Source: an uncultured delta proteobacterium
Lineage (GTDB): Bacteria > Desulfobacterota > Desulfomonilia > UBA1062
Assembly (NCBI GenBank): GCA_963752595.1
Contig: CAVVYZ010000005.1
Coordinates: 192,001-256,000 of the forward strand
Direction of reading: 5' to 3'
DNA: 64,000 nucleotides
Position numbers and translations under genes: made by a program. The notes under the pieces are model-generated. The model searched no databases and was not told where the DNA came from. It worked only from the letters and a program-made list of their open reading frames with translations. Of this stretch, positions 50,495-61,572 are shown piece after piece (positions within the stretch are counted from its first letter, which is position 1; every line of letters starts with the position of its first letter).

Positions 50495-51582
50495 ATGACC
50501 TCCAGGTCTGCGTACAATGCACCCGTACGCTTTATGCACTGCAGTATGACCACCAGATCCCTTGGGGAAACACCGATCGCATTCAATGCGGAGACCAAAG
50601 CCCCTATGGATGTTCCTGAAGGAAGCATTACGAGCTGCTTACCTCCCTCTTCGACCGTAACGTTGGTCTGGGGAGTAACTGTTGTGACGCCTTTGGAGAG
50701 CGGGTTCGGCTGAGAGACCGAAGGCTCTTCGGAAATCTTGATATTCAGGTTCCCGTGGGCAATGGCCACTGTGGATATCTTTACATCAGTGCCCATTACC
50801 ACGGTCCCGGTCCTCTCATTGACAATCACCTTTGCCCTGTTGTCCGGCCTTACTTCAAAGGACTCGATCATAGCGACAAAATCGACAATATTGTTTTTAT
50901 ACCCTTGCGGCACTTCCACCTGTACGGTTGAGAGATCCTTTGCTGCAGCGACCTTCGCACCCAATCTCGAATTGATGGATTCCACCATCCGGTGTGCGGT
51001 CGTAAAATCGGGATTGTTCATCACGAGCGTCATGATCTGCCCCAGGTCCAGATCCATCGATCGTTCCACAACAGCACCGCTGGGAACAGTCCCTACAGTC
51101 GGGAAGTTTTTGGTCACGCCGGTTCCCGAATCTCCGCCGACGGCAAACCCGCCAACAGATATCGGGCCCTGGGCCATGGCGTAGACCTTGCCGTCCGGCC
51201 CATACAAGGGGGCTGATATAAGGGTCCCGCCTGCAAGTGATGAAGCATCGCCGACAGAGGAGATCGTGCAGTCAAGCTTCTGGGAGCTCTTTGCAAAAGG
51301 CGGAAGATTTGCGGTCACTATAACGGCGGCCACATTTTTCACCTTCAGGGAATTGGGATCTACCATGATTCCCATGTTTCTGAGCATATTGGCCAGAGAC
51401 CGGATAGTAAACTGAGATCCCGACTTGTCACCCGTGCCGTTGAGACCGACAATGAGACCATAACCGGCAAGACGGTTCTCTCTGACGCCCTGGATCTGTA
51501 CAAGGTCCTTGACCCTGACGGCCAGGGCATCGGTGGATATCAGGAAAAGAAGGATGATTATGCATAATAGTCTTTTCATCAT
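50491..51582 (-). CDS. flgI: Flagellar P-ring protein
   Basis: GYGLIVGLNGTGD, NPDFTTA, NERTGTVV. Confidence 0.95.
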   Translation of the reverse strand: MMKRLLCIIILLFLISTDALAVRVKDLVQIQGVRENRLAGYGLIVGLNGTGDKSGSQFTIRSLANMLRNMGIMVDPNSLKVKNVAAVIVTANLPPFAKSSQKLDCTISSVGDASSLAGGTLISAPLYGPDGKVYAMAQGPISVGGFAVGGDSGTGVTKNFPTVGTVPSGAVVERSMDLDLGQIMTLVMNNPDFTTAHRMVESINSRLGAKVAAAKDLSTVQVEVPQGYKNNIVDFVAMIESFEVRPDNRAKVIVNERTGTVVMGTDVKISTVAIAHGNLNIKISEEPSVSQPNPLSKGVTTVTPQTNVTVEEGGKQLVMLPSGTSIGALVSALNAIGVSPRDLVVILQCIKRTGALYADLEVI

Positions 51583-51588
51583 ATACCT

Positions 51589-52284
51589 CTAAAAAGGCCA
51601 GATCTTGTCAATGGCCCTGGCGATAAACCCTTTGTTCTGCTGATCGCCTATGATCCCCGTCCCGTAGTAATCAAGCTGCATATCAGCGATATAGGTTGAT
51701 TGTATGGTGTTCATGGGTGAGATATCCTCGGGCCGTATGATTCCCGACAGGATTATATACTGCAGCTCGCTGTTCACCCGTGTCTGCTTCTTTCCTTTTA
51801 TCACCATGTTTCCCGAGGGAAGAACGCGCTCTATGCGTGCCGATACCACAGCCGAGATCGCTCCCTTGCGGGAGGTTTTCCCGTCGGCCTCGAAGGACGT
51901 TGACGTCTCAGCCTGTACGGTGGGTGACAATCCGTAGCCGAGGACTGAGGAGTGGTCAAGGGGGAGACCGAGCAGGTTGGTGACTGAATTATCCACGCTG
52001 TTGCTCTTGTCGGATTCTGTTTTTGCCTCTTTGTTGGCGGAAGAGCTCTCAACGATCTGTACTACTACGAGATCTCCAACTCTCCTTGCCCGTGCATCGC
52101 TGCACATGTCTGCGAATTTGGCGCTCGGAGACCAGAGGGAACCGGGTGAGGCAAACTTTTCAGAGGCCTCTTCTACGGGAAGCGCAAACTCATCTTCCCT
52201 CAAGCCCGGCGTCTGCTTCATGGAGGAGCAGCCTGCTACAACGGCAAATGCGGCACTCATTATAATAACCTGATACAACCTCAT
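51589..52284 (-). CDS. flgH: Flagellar L-ring lipoprotein
   Basis: Lipobox VAGC, GSLW, RVGD, SGIIRPEDI. Confidence 0.93.
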   Translation of the reverse strand: MRLYQVIIMSAAFAVVAGCSSMKQTPGLREDEFALPVEEASEKFASPGSLWSPSAKFADMCSDARARRVGDLVVVQIVESSSANKEAKTESDKSNSVDNSVTNLLGLPLDHSSVLGYGLSPTVQAETSTSFEADGKTSRKGAISAVVSARIERVLPSGNMVIKGKKQTRVNSELQYIILSGIIRPEDISPMNTIQSTYIADMQLDYYGTGIIGDQQNKGFIARAIDKIWPF

Positions 52285-52293
52285 GTATTCCTC

Positions 52294-53245
52294 CTAGAAT
52301 GTAACCTCAACCCGTGAAGCAGCAATTATAGTGCCAAATATCTGTTTTCCTGATGCGGCATTCCTGACCGGTATGCGCTCATGGAGGTAGCCGTCCTTCA
52401 AAGCAATACCCTTATCCCTGATGACCAGGCCTTCTGCGCGGGCTTCGATGGCTACTAGTTCACCTCTGTTGATCACAGGAGGCTGTTCGATATTGGATTT
52501 GAGAATGGGTTTACCTGTCTGCAACATAGTCTTGGCGCGCTTCCCGAGGCAATCCCCTTTATCGGTGATGATGAGCGGAGAGATCGATATATCTATTTGC
52601 TGCATCTCGATATCTGCCTCAGAGATGACTGCTCCACGGGCAATATTGGCCTTTGCAAGTGGTACCTCTGCAATGACCTGGATCTTTCCGCTTACACGGA
52701 TGACCGTGGGTGTCGTTTCCAAGCCGAAGGTAATACTTGCCGTTGTCAGACCTAAAAAATCCTCCCGGGGGGAAAATTTTGCCTGGATGAGATCCCTGTC
52801 TTTTTCCGGGACTGAGACATATGGAGGGGCCTTTACATCCTTGAATTACAAGGCTTCCCTTTTCTTTCCAGGGGCTGTTCTTCATGACTGCATCCTTATA
52901 GACGGCCTCCAGCTCTTCTCCTGGTATTTTCGTCAATTTCTCAGACACATATACATTCGGAGAGCCTTTCATGGTTGCCTGCCATCCCGGATGATATTCC
53001 CTGATCTTCTGAGCCACAAAGGCAGAGGAAAGATTGACGCCGATCTGCCCCCTCGGCGATTTCATAAGCGCTGTCAGGCCGAGTTCCAGTTCATTCGGCC
53101 CTTGGAGTGCTGCAACATCCTTAAGATATATCTGCTTTCCGGACACAAAGGCCTTCTCACTCAGTGTCACCACATCGGCGCTTTCTGCCGTAATGGGCTT
53201 AAACAGAGGCAGGAGCATGAACACGGCAAGACATAAACGTTTCAT
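52294..53245 (-). pseudogene. flgA: P-ring assembly chaperone FlgA with one frameshift (or sequencing error)
   Basis: Signal peptide ORF plus C-terminal ORF with RGELV...G.ALKDG...IPVRN.SGK; shift near 52840. Confidence 0.8.
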
Positions 53246-53253
53246 TATTTACC

Positions 53254-54036
53254 CTATCTCGTGAGGCTGGTCACGACCTGCAGCATGGAGTCTGCTGTCT
53301 TGATGGTCTTGGAATTCATCTCATATGCCCTTTGTCCGACGATCATATTGATCATCTCCTCAATGGCATCCACATTGGACATCTCAAGGTATCCCTGCAT
53401 AGTAGTTCCGTAATTTTCCGTCCCGGCAACCCCCTGGATCGGGTCTCCGGATGCAGGAGTGGCGACATATGCGTTCATACCGATCGATTTCAGGCCGGCA
53501 GGGTTGGTAAACGTATAAAGCGGTATCTGACCGGTAACAAGAACCTCGCCAGCAGAAGACATACAGGTGATTTCACCGTTTTTCGCGACAGCGACGTTGG
53601 CCGTATTTGCAGGTATAGCAAAATCGGGCTGCAGTCTTTCTCCGCGGGCATTCACGATATACCCGTTGCTGTCTCTTTTGAAAGAGCCGTCCCGCGTATA
53701 GATCTCGCCGTTTTCAGTCATGACCTGGAAAAATCCGTCACCTTCAATGGCAATGTCCAGATCACCTTTTGTCTCAACGTAATCACCTTGGGAGAACATT
53801 TTCTGAACCGATGTCGGCTTGGTCCCCATTCCTACCTGAACCCCGACGGGTACTGTCCCGCCTGCTGCAGTGGGAGCGCCCTTGTCACGATACGTGGCGT
53901 AAAAGAGATCTTCGAAATTTGCCCTGCTTTTTTTGAAGCCGGTGGTACTTACGTTTGCCAGATTGTTTGCCATGACATCGATCATGAGCTGCTGAGAGCT
54001 CATACCTGTTGCAGCTGTCCACATTGCGCGTATCAT
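53254..54036 (-). CDS. flgG: Distal rod protein FlgG
   Basis: ANNLANVSTTGFKKSR, YTRDGSF, GYLEMSNV. Confidence 0.95.
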   Translation of the reverse strand: MIRAMWTAATGMSSQQLMIDVMANNLANVSTTGFKKSRANFEDLFYATYRDKGAPTAAGGTVPVGVQVGMGTKPTSVQKMFSQGDYVETKGDLDIAIEGDGFFQVMTENGEIYTRDGSFKRDSNGYIVNARGERLQPDFAIPANTANVAVAKNGEITCMSSAGEVLVTGQIPLYTFTNPAGLKSIGMNAYVATPASGDPIQGVAGTENYGTTMQGYLEMSNVDAIEEMINMIVGQRAYEMNSKTIKTADSMLQVVTSLTR

Positions 54037-54054
54037 TTCTGTTCCCTCCTTTGG

Positions 54055-54792
54055 TTAAGCAACTGTCCCTACATTGCGCATTGATTGCGCACTGATATCG
54101 TTGAATGCCTTTATGATTTTCTGATACGACTCATACGCCCTTTGCGTTGTGATAAGACCTATCATCTCTGTAACCGGGTCGACATTGGATGCCTCGATGT
54201 ACCCCTGGCGGATACCCGGATTTTCTACGGTTTCGGGGGTGTATCCTTCCCCGACAGAAAAGAGTGAATTGCCTTGTCGTACAAGGCCTTCTTCCGGGAT
54301 CGAGCTTACCTGCAGTACGTCAACGGTATTTCCATCAACCATGACCGTTCCGCGGGAATCTATCGCGACCTTTCCATTCCCCAGGGCGATATCCCCACCC
54401 TGCCCCTGTACGGTATAGCCCTGAGGGGTAACGAGTAAGCCCTCAGGTGAGACGGTAAACGTGCCGGCCCGTGTATATCTGATACCGTCCGGAGTGCTGA
54501 CAGCGAAAAATCCTTCGCCTGCAATAGCTGAATCGAGAGGATTGCCGGTATCACGGAACCCTCCCTGCAGGGCATCGATATATTGTCTGCCGACCACAAC
54601 ATCTACCGGTGTTGCACGGTACTGCCCGGGAGAGAGTTTGGACGTATCGAGATTCTTCTGAAAATCCTCAAAAACGACCGCATCTTTTTTGAAGCCTGCA
54701 GTGTTTACGTTTGCCAGATTGTTTGCAATGATGGACAATCTTTCTTCCATGGCCATTGCACCGGCTGCTGCTGTGTAAATGCCCTGATCCAT
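54055..54792 (-). CDS. flgF: Proximal rod protein FlgF
   Basis: GIYTAAAG, ANNLANVNTAGFK, TGNPLD, YTRAG; upstream of flgG. Confidence 0.88.
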   Translation of the reverse strand: MDQGIYTAAAGAMAMEERLSIIANNLANVNTAGFKKDAVVFEDFQKNLDTSKLSPGQYRATPVDVVVGRQYIDALQGGFRDTGNPLDSAIAGEGFFAVSTPDGIRYTRAGTFTVSPEGLLVTPQGYTVQGQGGDIALGNGKVAIDSRGTVMVDGNTVDVLQVSSIPEEGLVRQGNSLFSVGEGYTPETVENPGIRQGYIEASNVDPVTEMIGLITTQRAYESYQKIIKAFNDISAQSMRNVGTVA

Positions 54793-54817
54793 ACCTTCTC
54801 CTTCCCGCAATCCTATG

Positions 54818-54833
54818 AGCAAGGGGAATGCCA
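54818..54833 (-). promoter_or_regulatory. Sigma54 -24/-12 promoter of the flgF operon
   Basis: TGGCATTCCCCTTGCT (GG-N10-GC) 25 bp upstream of the flgF ATG. Confidence 0.7.
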
Positions 54834-54970
54834 GGGCCGTGAATGCGCTTTTTGAGCGGTTTATCGAATCCAAGGGGGGGAATTTTTTTCCTCAAACCAG
54901 GTTGACTTATGTAATTTCCTGTCTTAAAGGCTTTTCCGCAGTGGTTGATATTTCCTCCTTCACAATACAC

Positions 54971-54997
54971 TAAAGATAATTAGGTACATACCGATCA
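54971..54997 (+). promoter_or_regulatory. Sigma28 promoter of the flgM operon
   Basis: TAAA-N15-ACCGATCA. Confidence 0.65.
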
Positions 54998-55033
54998 GTA
55001 AGTGTACAGCTAGAGAACGATGAAGGAGTATCT

Positions 55034-55249
55034 ATGGAGGTCAAGAGCATCTTTGTGAATCTCATCATGAAAAACTATGAGAAGCATGGTTCCGTCAAAC
55101 CGGCGCAAACGCAGCAGGACGCGACGGGAAAGGAATCCGCTCTTGTCATGGTCTCCATATCCCCTCAAGCAAGTAAACGATTATTTGGTGAACTCATGGA
55201 GCATAGTTTGAAAAAAGGGTTAAGCGGGGTTCGGAAAGATGAAAATTAA
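55034..55249 (+). CDS. Small FlgM-associated protein (possibly DVU0524-like)
   Basis: AAGGAG RBS, VSISPQA motif, overlaps the flgM start. Family call rests on synteny. Confidence 0.55.
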   Translation: MEVKSIFVNLIMKNYEKHGSVKPAQTQQDATGKESALVMVSISPQASKRLFGELMEHSLKKGLSGVRKDEN

Positions 55250-55547
55250 TAATAATACCAATATCGAGGCACTCAAGGCATATGGAGCAACAGCTTCGGA
55301 GCGTCCGCAGCTTACACGGGAAACAGGCGGAAGCAAGCAGAGTTCGGGCTCAATTATCGACAAGATCAATATTTCATCCAAGGTGAAAATGTTTCAAGAC
55401 ATAAGACAGGCTGCTCTTGACGCACCTGAAATACGAATTGATAAAATCAACGACATCGAGAAGAAGATCACAAACGGCTCCTATAGTCCGGACTACAACG
55501 CAATTGCTGATAAGCTACTTAGTCCGAACATCAGCGCCAAGATCTGA
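55239..55547 (+). CDS. flgM: Anti-sigma28 factor FlgM
   Basis: MKI, DKINIS, PEIRIDKI..I...I.NGSY, IADKLL. Confidence 0.88.
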   Translation: MKINNNTNIEALKAYGATASERPQLTRETGGSKQSSGSIIDKINISSKVKMFQDIRQAALDAPEIRIDKINDIEKKITNGSYSPDYNAIADKLLSPNISAKI

Positions 55548-55799
55548 AAGCTTCTTTAAGAGTTTTGTCGATTCGATGTAGTCCAGATAAGTACCTATGA
55601 ACAGGTCTTTCCGTACGCGATATACATGAAGGCTCGTATAGAGCCTGTTCCACTGGTCGGAGCCGGTAATATTTTCGGATATTTTTCCCCACAGGATTGA
55701 CCGGTCATCTTCTGCAGGATTTTCGAGTACATCCATACGCATCAGATAGTCAATGAGGACGAAATATACGTCCATGTCCAGTGCCCTCGTTCTCCGCAT
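55515..55799 (-). CDS. Hypothetical protein
   Basis: 94-aa ORF filling the gap, with a GAGGAA RBS-like site; no recognisable motif. Confidence 0.4.
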   Translation of the reverse strand: MRRTRALDMDVYFVLIDYLMRMDVLENPAEDDRSILWGKISENITGSDQWNRLYTSLHVYRVRKDLFIGTYLDYIESTKLLKKLSDLGADVRTK

Positions 55800-55990
55800 T
55801 GAACATTCCTCTGGGGACCATGGCCAAGAATTCGGTAATCCTCTGAAAAAGGAATCTTTCTGAGTTAGAAATCACTAATGGAGTACACGCCTTCCAGGCC
55901 TCTGACTCCCTTGCTCAGCGCCCGGAAAAATGGATAGTATATACAAGGTATTTGTGGTAATCAATCATTCCTTGCAGCCGCTGTTGGGGG

Positions 55991-56758
55991 ATGAAAGAAA
56001 GGAGCGTTATATTGGTGCCTTGCATTACGATACAGGGTAACACCTATGAAACCGATCTCGTCATCCTCGACAAGGACGGCACCCTCCTTGACTTCAGAGA
56101 AACCTGGATCGGGATCTTCAGAGATTTCTTTGTCATCTTGGGGCAGTACATCCCTGTAACTCAGGGCCTCAAGGAAAGGATCGAATCTGCCCTGGGGATC
56201 TTTGTGGACAAAAATCATATTGACGGCAACGGTGCCATTGCCATGGGCACCTTTACGGAGTGCAACGCGTTATTGACGTATTCCCTGTACCGGGAAGGCC
56301 TCCGGTGGGACAGCGCCCAGGCCATCGTGGAAAAGGTGGGCGGGCAGGCCTTCAATTCAGAGGCACGCAAGAAGCATCTAAAGCCTGCCCGCGGGGGAGT
56401 GGAGCTCCTGAAGACATTGAAGTCGCGCGGTATCGGAATTGCAGTTGCTACCAATGACAAGTATGCCGACGCCCTGGTGGATATGGAGTATATAGGAACA
56501 TTGCCCTTCATCGATCTCGTGGTCGGGGCTGACAGTGTCGAGCACTCGAAACCTGCCCCGGATATGGTTGAAAAGATCTGCTCTATCCTGGGGAAGAGCG
56601 CGCACCGGTCGGTCCTGATCGGAGATACGGTCATGGATGCAATGCTGGGAAAGAACTCGGGTGTGATGCTTACTGTCGGCGTATGCGGCATTGTCCCGGA
56701 GAAGGAACTGGGAGAGCATATGAACCTGGTAATCTCAAGCCTTGAGGAGATTGCCTGA
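55991..56758 (+). CDS. HAD-family phosphatase
   Basis: LDKDGTL, ATN, KPAP, IGDTVMD. Confidence 0.88.
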   Translation: MKERSVILVPCITIQGNTYETDLVILDKDGTLLDFRETWIGIFRDFFVILGQYIPVTQGLKERIESALGIFVDKNHIDGNGAIAMGTFTECNALLTYSLYREGLRWDSAQAIVEKVGGQAFNSEARKKHLKPARGGVELLKTLKSRGIGIAVATNDKYADALVDMEYIGTLPFIDLVVGADSVEHSKPAPDMVEKICSILGKSAHRSVLIGDTVMDAMLGKNSGVMLTVGVCGIVPEKELGEHMNLVISSLEEIA

Positions 56759-56855
56759 GCCCTTGCCCTCACGCGAGGGAATTATCTTTTTGATCGCAAT
56801 GAAAAGCCTTCCCTTCCGTGTAGCAACTGCATCTCAAGACAGGCCTCCCCTGAAA

Positions 56856-57995
56856 TCATATGAGTTCGCTGTCGAGGAAAATGAGGATCAGTTTCGAGAA
56901 TAGTGCGGCATCGTATTCATGAGGAACCTTCTGCTTGATCTGCTTCAGGGCCTCCACCATGGACAGAGCCTTCCGGTATGGCCTCTGGGAGATCATTGCA
57001 TCGAAGGCATCCATAATCGCACATACCTTTACAAAAAAATGAATGTCCGATCCCTTTAATGAACCCGGATACCCGTTGCCGTCCAGCCTTTCGTGGTGAT
57101 CCATGATAATGTGAGCCATCTCCCGGGTGACGGACTGTGAGCTCTTCATGATATCCAGGCCCCAATGGGGATGCTGTCTGATCAGAGGCCAGACGGCATC
57201 GGTCAGCGGACCGGTGAAATCCACCACCTTCGCAGGCAAGCGCATCATCCCGACATTATGAAAAAAATATCCAAGAGAGATCTTTTCAAGGATATCCCGT
57301 GAGAGGTGTTCGAGGACCTTCATCACGAAAAAGGTGGAGAGAACCCCCACATTGAGCGAGTGCATAATCACACAGTCCGGATGCTCGGAGGTCTTGCAGA
57401 CATTGTCCTGTATGAGCGAGAAGATCTGCTTCAGCGTTTCCTTATCAGGGAGTATCTGTTCGGTCATGAGGGCTATAAGCTGCTTCATGCTTGCAATGGT
57501 AACTCTTTCCGGGCTCTTGTACGCAGATTTAAGCCTCCGGTAGGCCAGATAGTAAAAGATCTCTGCCTTCTCGGAAGGGTTCATCCGGGAATCAGCAATG
57601 ATCTCGTCGAGATTCTCATCCAAATAATATAAGAATTCCGCCCTGGAATCCTTTTTCAGGAAAACGGGTGGCGGCCCGGCATGAGGGTCATGGTCATCCC
57701 GGTCAAATACCCTGTTCGGTTCCAGGATCATGGAGATCTCTCCGGTCGGGTCCTTCCCGTATACGCCGAAGGGGATCCGCCTTCCCGCGCAGATCCAATG
57801 AACCGGTATGGAGTAGTAGCCCTGGGTTATCTGTCCGCGCGGACCTTCCTTTAGTATCCGGGCGAAGAGGTTTGTGCGGTTTCCTGAATCGAAACCCTGC
57901 CCCCGGGCGGCGTAGCAGTTAGCACCCGGACTCTGGGGCATCCTCATCGGCACCTGAATATCAAAGCCACTTCCCTGCGAGGATTCCATCAGCAT
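56856..57995 (-). CDS. HD-GYP domain protein (HD reads HN)
   Basis: HSLNV, FHNVG, HHERLDGNGYP, DAFDAM...RPYR. Confidence 0.85.
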   Translation of the reverse strand: MLMESSQGSGFDIQVPMRMPQSPGANCYAARGQGFDSGNRTNLFARILKEGPRGQITQGYYSIPVHWICAGRRIPFGVYGKDPTGEISMILEPNRVFDRDDHDPHAGPPPVFLKKDSRAEFLYYLDENLDEIIADSRMNPSEKAEIFYYLAYRRLKSAYKSPERVTIASMKQLIALMTEQILPDKETLKQIFSLIQDNVCKTSEHPDCVIMHSLNVGVLSTFFVMKVLEHLSRDILEKISLGYFFHNVGMMRLPAKVVDFTGPLTDAVWPLIRQHPHWGLDIMKSSQSVTREMAHIIMDHHERLDGNGYPGSLKGSDIHFFVKVCAIMDAFDAMISQRPYRKALSMVEALKQIKQKVPHEYDAALFSKLILIFLDSELI

Positions 57996-58064
57996 CCTCC
58001 TCCTGACAAGGTATCATTTCACCGGATCTGCACTTGCCTTTCCGGATAGCGCTGTCCTTTCTCC

Positions 58065-58624
58065 TTATAGAACATTTACATCTCCCTTAAAGCTTTCCGC
58101 CTGAAAGGTCTCCAGAGAATCAGCCCGATCCCAGCCATTGGGTTCGAGGCCGACGGAATTGCCCAGGTACATCCGTATGCCGGAAGCATCCCATCCGTTC
58201 CTTGCCGCACTTTGCGGCATCAGAACCGCCTGGCGGAAATCCTTTCTCAAAATAAGGCCGTCAGTACCGATGATGAATTCCGAAAAATCAGCGATACGCC
58301 TGGGAACGGTGAGGGCAGAGATTTCGATTGCAGAAGAACCCGTCTCTTCTCGCGTGAGGGGCGAAAAACGTTGATCCCTGAAAGCGGCGTTCCGGGCATT
58401 CTCCATAACCGCCTTCCAGAGGGGAAGAATGGGCATGACATATCCCATGGAACCCTTGAGTATCTTATCGGAAAAATGCTGACAAACACCCCGTATTTTC
58501 CCTCTAATGCATCAGTCAATAAGTCCGCGTCAACAGGCTCGGGCGGCAAACCGATCAAAAGCTTCAGGATAGTCACCCGGGCAAGCCCCATGAGTGTCGT
58601 CTTTTCCCCAGTGGAAAGTCCCAT
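58065..58624 (-). pseudogene. AMMECR1/AmmeMemoRadiSam protein A-like gene, frameshifted in a homopolymer
   Basis: LAR..I and GVFVSI in one ORF; AAFRDQRF.PL, IEISALT and VLMPQ in the other. Shift at the A-run 58472-58476. Confidence 0.75.
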
Positions 58625-58861
58625 TTGTCTACCAAAATAAATTATATCACGGAAAATTTATAATGACACGGGAAATCCTCTCACTTCCTTACGTGTTTCA
58701 TCAAGGAATCCCGGGCCGGCCTCCATCCGGAGATAAACCGAATTCGCCATATCATGCTCCGGACACGATCGGATGGGCTTCTTTCCCATGAGTTTGTTGA
58801 CTCACCGCAGGAAATCCTCTATATAGGCCTCGATTTCATTAAAATACAGGAGCTGCTGATC

Positions 58862-60340
58862 TTGGAAGATATAAATCGCCTGGTTAAACAAAGAATTGAA
58901 AAATACGATTCGATGAAGAGTGAAATGGGGGTCGTTCATTTCCCCAACACGTACCGTAAAGATACCGATATATCGGCCTTTATCGAAACCTACCAGGCAA
59001 AAAACAGTGAAGAATTACTTGAAGTGAAGACTGTGCACCGTATGACCGGCCGTATGATGGCCTTGCGCTCCTTTGGAAAGGCTGCTTTCATCCATTTTCA
59101 GGATTCCACGGGGACACTCCAGGCATTCTTTGAAAAGGCAAAGCTGGGAGACCAGGCCTATTCGCTTTTCAAAAAGCTTGATATCGGAGACATCATCGGT
59201 CTGTGGGGAACGCCCATCAAGACCCGTACCGGCGAGCTCAGCGTGTATGTCCAGGGGTTCGAACTCCTCACGAAATCATTCCGGCCGATGCCGGAGAAGT
59301 GGCATGGGCTCAAGGATGTAGATACGCGCTACCGGCAGCGGTACGTGGATCTCATCGTAACTCCGGAGGTCAAACAGACCTTCCTCCTGAGGACCAGGAT
59401 CATCGGCCGTTTACGGACATACATGGATTCGAACGGGTTCGTCGAGGTGGAGACGCCCATGATGCAGGCCATAGCGGGCGGCGCAACCGCCAAGCCCTTC
59501 CTCACGCATCATAACGCGCTTGATATGGACCTGTACTTGAGAATCGCACCGGAACTCTATCTGAAACGTCTCCTCGTAGGCGGCTTCGAGCGGGTGTACG
59601 AAATAAACCGCAACTTCAGAAACGAAGGCCTGTCCACACGGCATAACCCCGAGTTCACCATGATGGAGTTCTACCAGGCCTATGCCGACTATACAGACCT
59701 CATGCGGTTCACCGAGGTCATGATCTCGTCCATTGCCCGGGACGTGCTGGGCACAGAGGTCATCACCTACCAGGGAACCACGATCGACCTCTCCACCCCA
59801 TGGAAGCGCTATACGCTCAAAGATGCCACCGTTGAGGTGGGCAGGGTGCCGCGAGAAGTCATGGAGGACCGGGATAAGGCTGCAGCGTTCTCCAGGGAGC
59901 GCGGCTTCGACATAATCGGGAATGAGACACTGGGAGAATTACAGCTCATTCTCTTTGAACAGACTACGGAAGACAAGCTTGTCGGGCCGGTCTTCATCAC
60001 GTCCTATCCGACGGAGGTCTCACCGCTTTCCCGGAAGAACAACGAAGACCCGTCGATCGTCGACCGCTTTGAACTCTTTATTGCCGGCAGGGAGATCGCC
60101 AATGCATTCAGCGAACTGAACGACCCCTTTGACCAGCGTGAACGGTTTGCCTTACAGCTTCAGAAAAAAGAAGGGCCGTCTGAAATGGACGAGGACTACA
60201 TAAGAGCCCTCGAATACGGAATGCCGCCTGCTGCCGGTGAGGGAATCGGCATCGACAGGTTGGTCATGCTTCTGACGGACAGTCCTTCGATCCGAGACGT
60301 AATCCTATTCCCCCTGCTTCGTAAAGGAGAGGTATCCTGA
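58862..60340 (+). CDS. lysS: Lysine--tRNA ligase, class II
   Basis: [37 protein letters not shown]. Start taken as TTG 58862 after AGGAG. Confidence 0.97.
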   Translation: MEDINRLVKQRIEKYDSMKSEMGVVHFPNTYRKDTDISAFIETYQAKNSEELLEVKTVHRMTGRMMALRSFGKAAFIHFQDSTGTLQAFFEKAKLGDQAYSLFKKLDIGDIIGLWGTPIKTRTGELSVYVQGFELLTKSFRPMPEKWHGLKDVDTRYRQRYVDLIVTPEVKQTFLLRTRIIGRLRTYMDSNGFVEVETPMMQAIAGGATAKPFLTHHNALDMDLYLRIAPELYLKRLLVGGFERVYEINRNFRNEGLSTRHNPEFTMMEFYQAYADYTDLMRFTEVMISSIARDVLGTEVITYQGTTIDLSTPWKRYTLKDATVEVGRVPREVMEDRDKAAAFSRERGFDIIGNETLGELQLILFEQTTEDKLVGPVFITSYPTEVSPLSRKNNEDPSIVDRFELFIAGREIANAFSELNDPFDQRERFALQLQKKEGPSEMDEDYIRALEYGMPPAAGEGIGIDRLVMLLTDSPSIRDVILFPLLRKGEVS

Positions 60341-61572
60341 GATTTGAATTTCTCGTTGCCAAAAAGTATCTGAGGGCGAAAAAGAGCCAGGGCTTCATCA
60401 GCTTCACCTCCGGACTCTCTGTGTTCGGCATCGCTATCGGCGTTATGGCCCTCATCGTCGTGCTGTCCGTGATGAACGGCTTTGAAGAGGATATCAAGAC
60501 CAAGATCCTCGGGACCCAGTCCCACATTGTGATTTCCACCTATCAGGGAGGCATCGCCGATTCCGAGAGGCTCGAAAAAGCCATTGCCCAGGACCCTGAT
60601 GTCATGGGCGCAGCCCCGTTCATTCTTTCCCAAGGTCTGCTGTCCGCTCCCGGGGGTATTTCCGGCGTGGTCATCAGGGGCATAGAGCCGAAGAGCGCTG
60701 CAAAGGTCATTCGCCTCAAGGAAATAATCGTACAGGGAAGCTTCCAGAACTTAAGCTCCACAGGAATCCTCGTCGGGTCCGAGCTGGCCATGCATTCGGG
60801 GATTACTGTAGGAGACGCCGTGACCCTCATTTCGCCGGCAGGTGCCATAACCCCGCTCGGGATGATACCCAAATCCATGCAGTTTATCGTCAAAGGGATC
60901 TTTTCCACGGGCATGTACGAGTATGACAACAACATGATCTACATTTCCCTGAATGCGGCCAAAGCACTGTTCATGAAGGATGAGCCGTCAGGGATCGAGA
61001 TCAAGGTGAGCGATATCTACAGGGCCCAGGATATCGCGGAACGGATCATGTCACGCATCGGCCCCGGCTACTGGGCAAAGACCTGGAAAGACATGAACAT
61101 GAGCCTGTTCTCAGCACTCAAGCTGGAAAAAACCGTCATGTTCATCATCCTGCTGTTCATCATCCTGGTTGCTGCATTCAGCATCATCAGCACGCTCATC
61201 ATGCTGGTGATGGAAAAGAGAAAGGATATAGCCATTCTCAAGTCCATGGGTGCCACCACGGCGCAGATTTTGCGGATCTTTATGTCGATCGGCATGGTGA
61301 TCGGACTCTCAGGAACCATACTGGGGGTCGTTCTCGGTCTGCTCCTGACCTACAATCTCAATCCCGTCATACACTTTATCGAACTCATTTTCGGAATAGA
61401 GGTCATGCCCATTGACGTGTATTATATCACCGGGGTTCCCATCAAGGTGGATTACCTCCTGATAGGCATCATCGCCTTCATGTCAACAATCCTTTCCTTC
61501 CTGGCCGCCATCTACCCGGCCAGGCAGGCTGCACGACAAGACCCTGTCGAGGTAATGCGCTATGAAGGATAA
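60337..61572 (+). CDS. lolE: Lipoprotein-releasing ABC permease LolC/E
   Basis: Family N terminus [21 protein letters not shown] begins at CTG 60337. Motifs [22 protein letters not shown]. Confidence 0.9.
   Translation: MRFEFLVAKKYLRAKKSQGFISFTSGLSVFGIAIGVMALIVVLSVMNGFEEDIKTKILGTQSHIVISTYQGGIADSERLEKAIAQDPDVMGAAPFILSQGLLSAPGGISGVVIRGIEPKSAAKVIRLKEIIVQGSFQNLSSTGILVGSELAMHSGITVGDAVTLISPAGAITPLGMIPKSMQFIVKGIFSTGMYEYDNNMIYISLNAAKALFMKDEPSGIEIKVSDIYRAQDIAERIMSRIGPGYWAKTWKDMNMSLFSALKLEKTVMFIILLFIILVAAFSIISTLIMLVMEKRKDIAILKSMGATTAQILRIFMSIGMVIGLSGTILGVVLGLLLTYNLNPVIHFIELIFGIEVMPIDVYYITGVPIKVDYLLIGIIAFMSTILSFLAAIYPARQAARQDPVEVMRYEG

Noticed and set aside
58754-58861. N-terminal extension of LysS in the ORF track
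   Set aside because: RBS position favours TTG 58862; the extension looks like promoter DNA.
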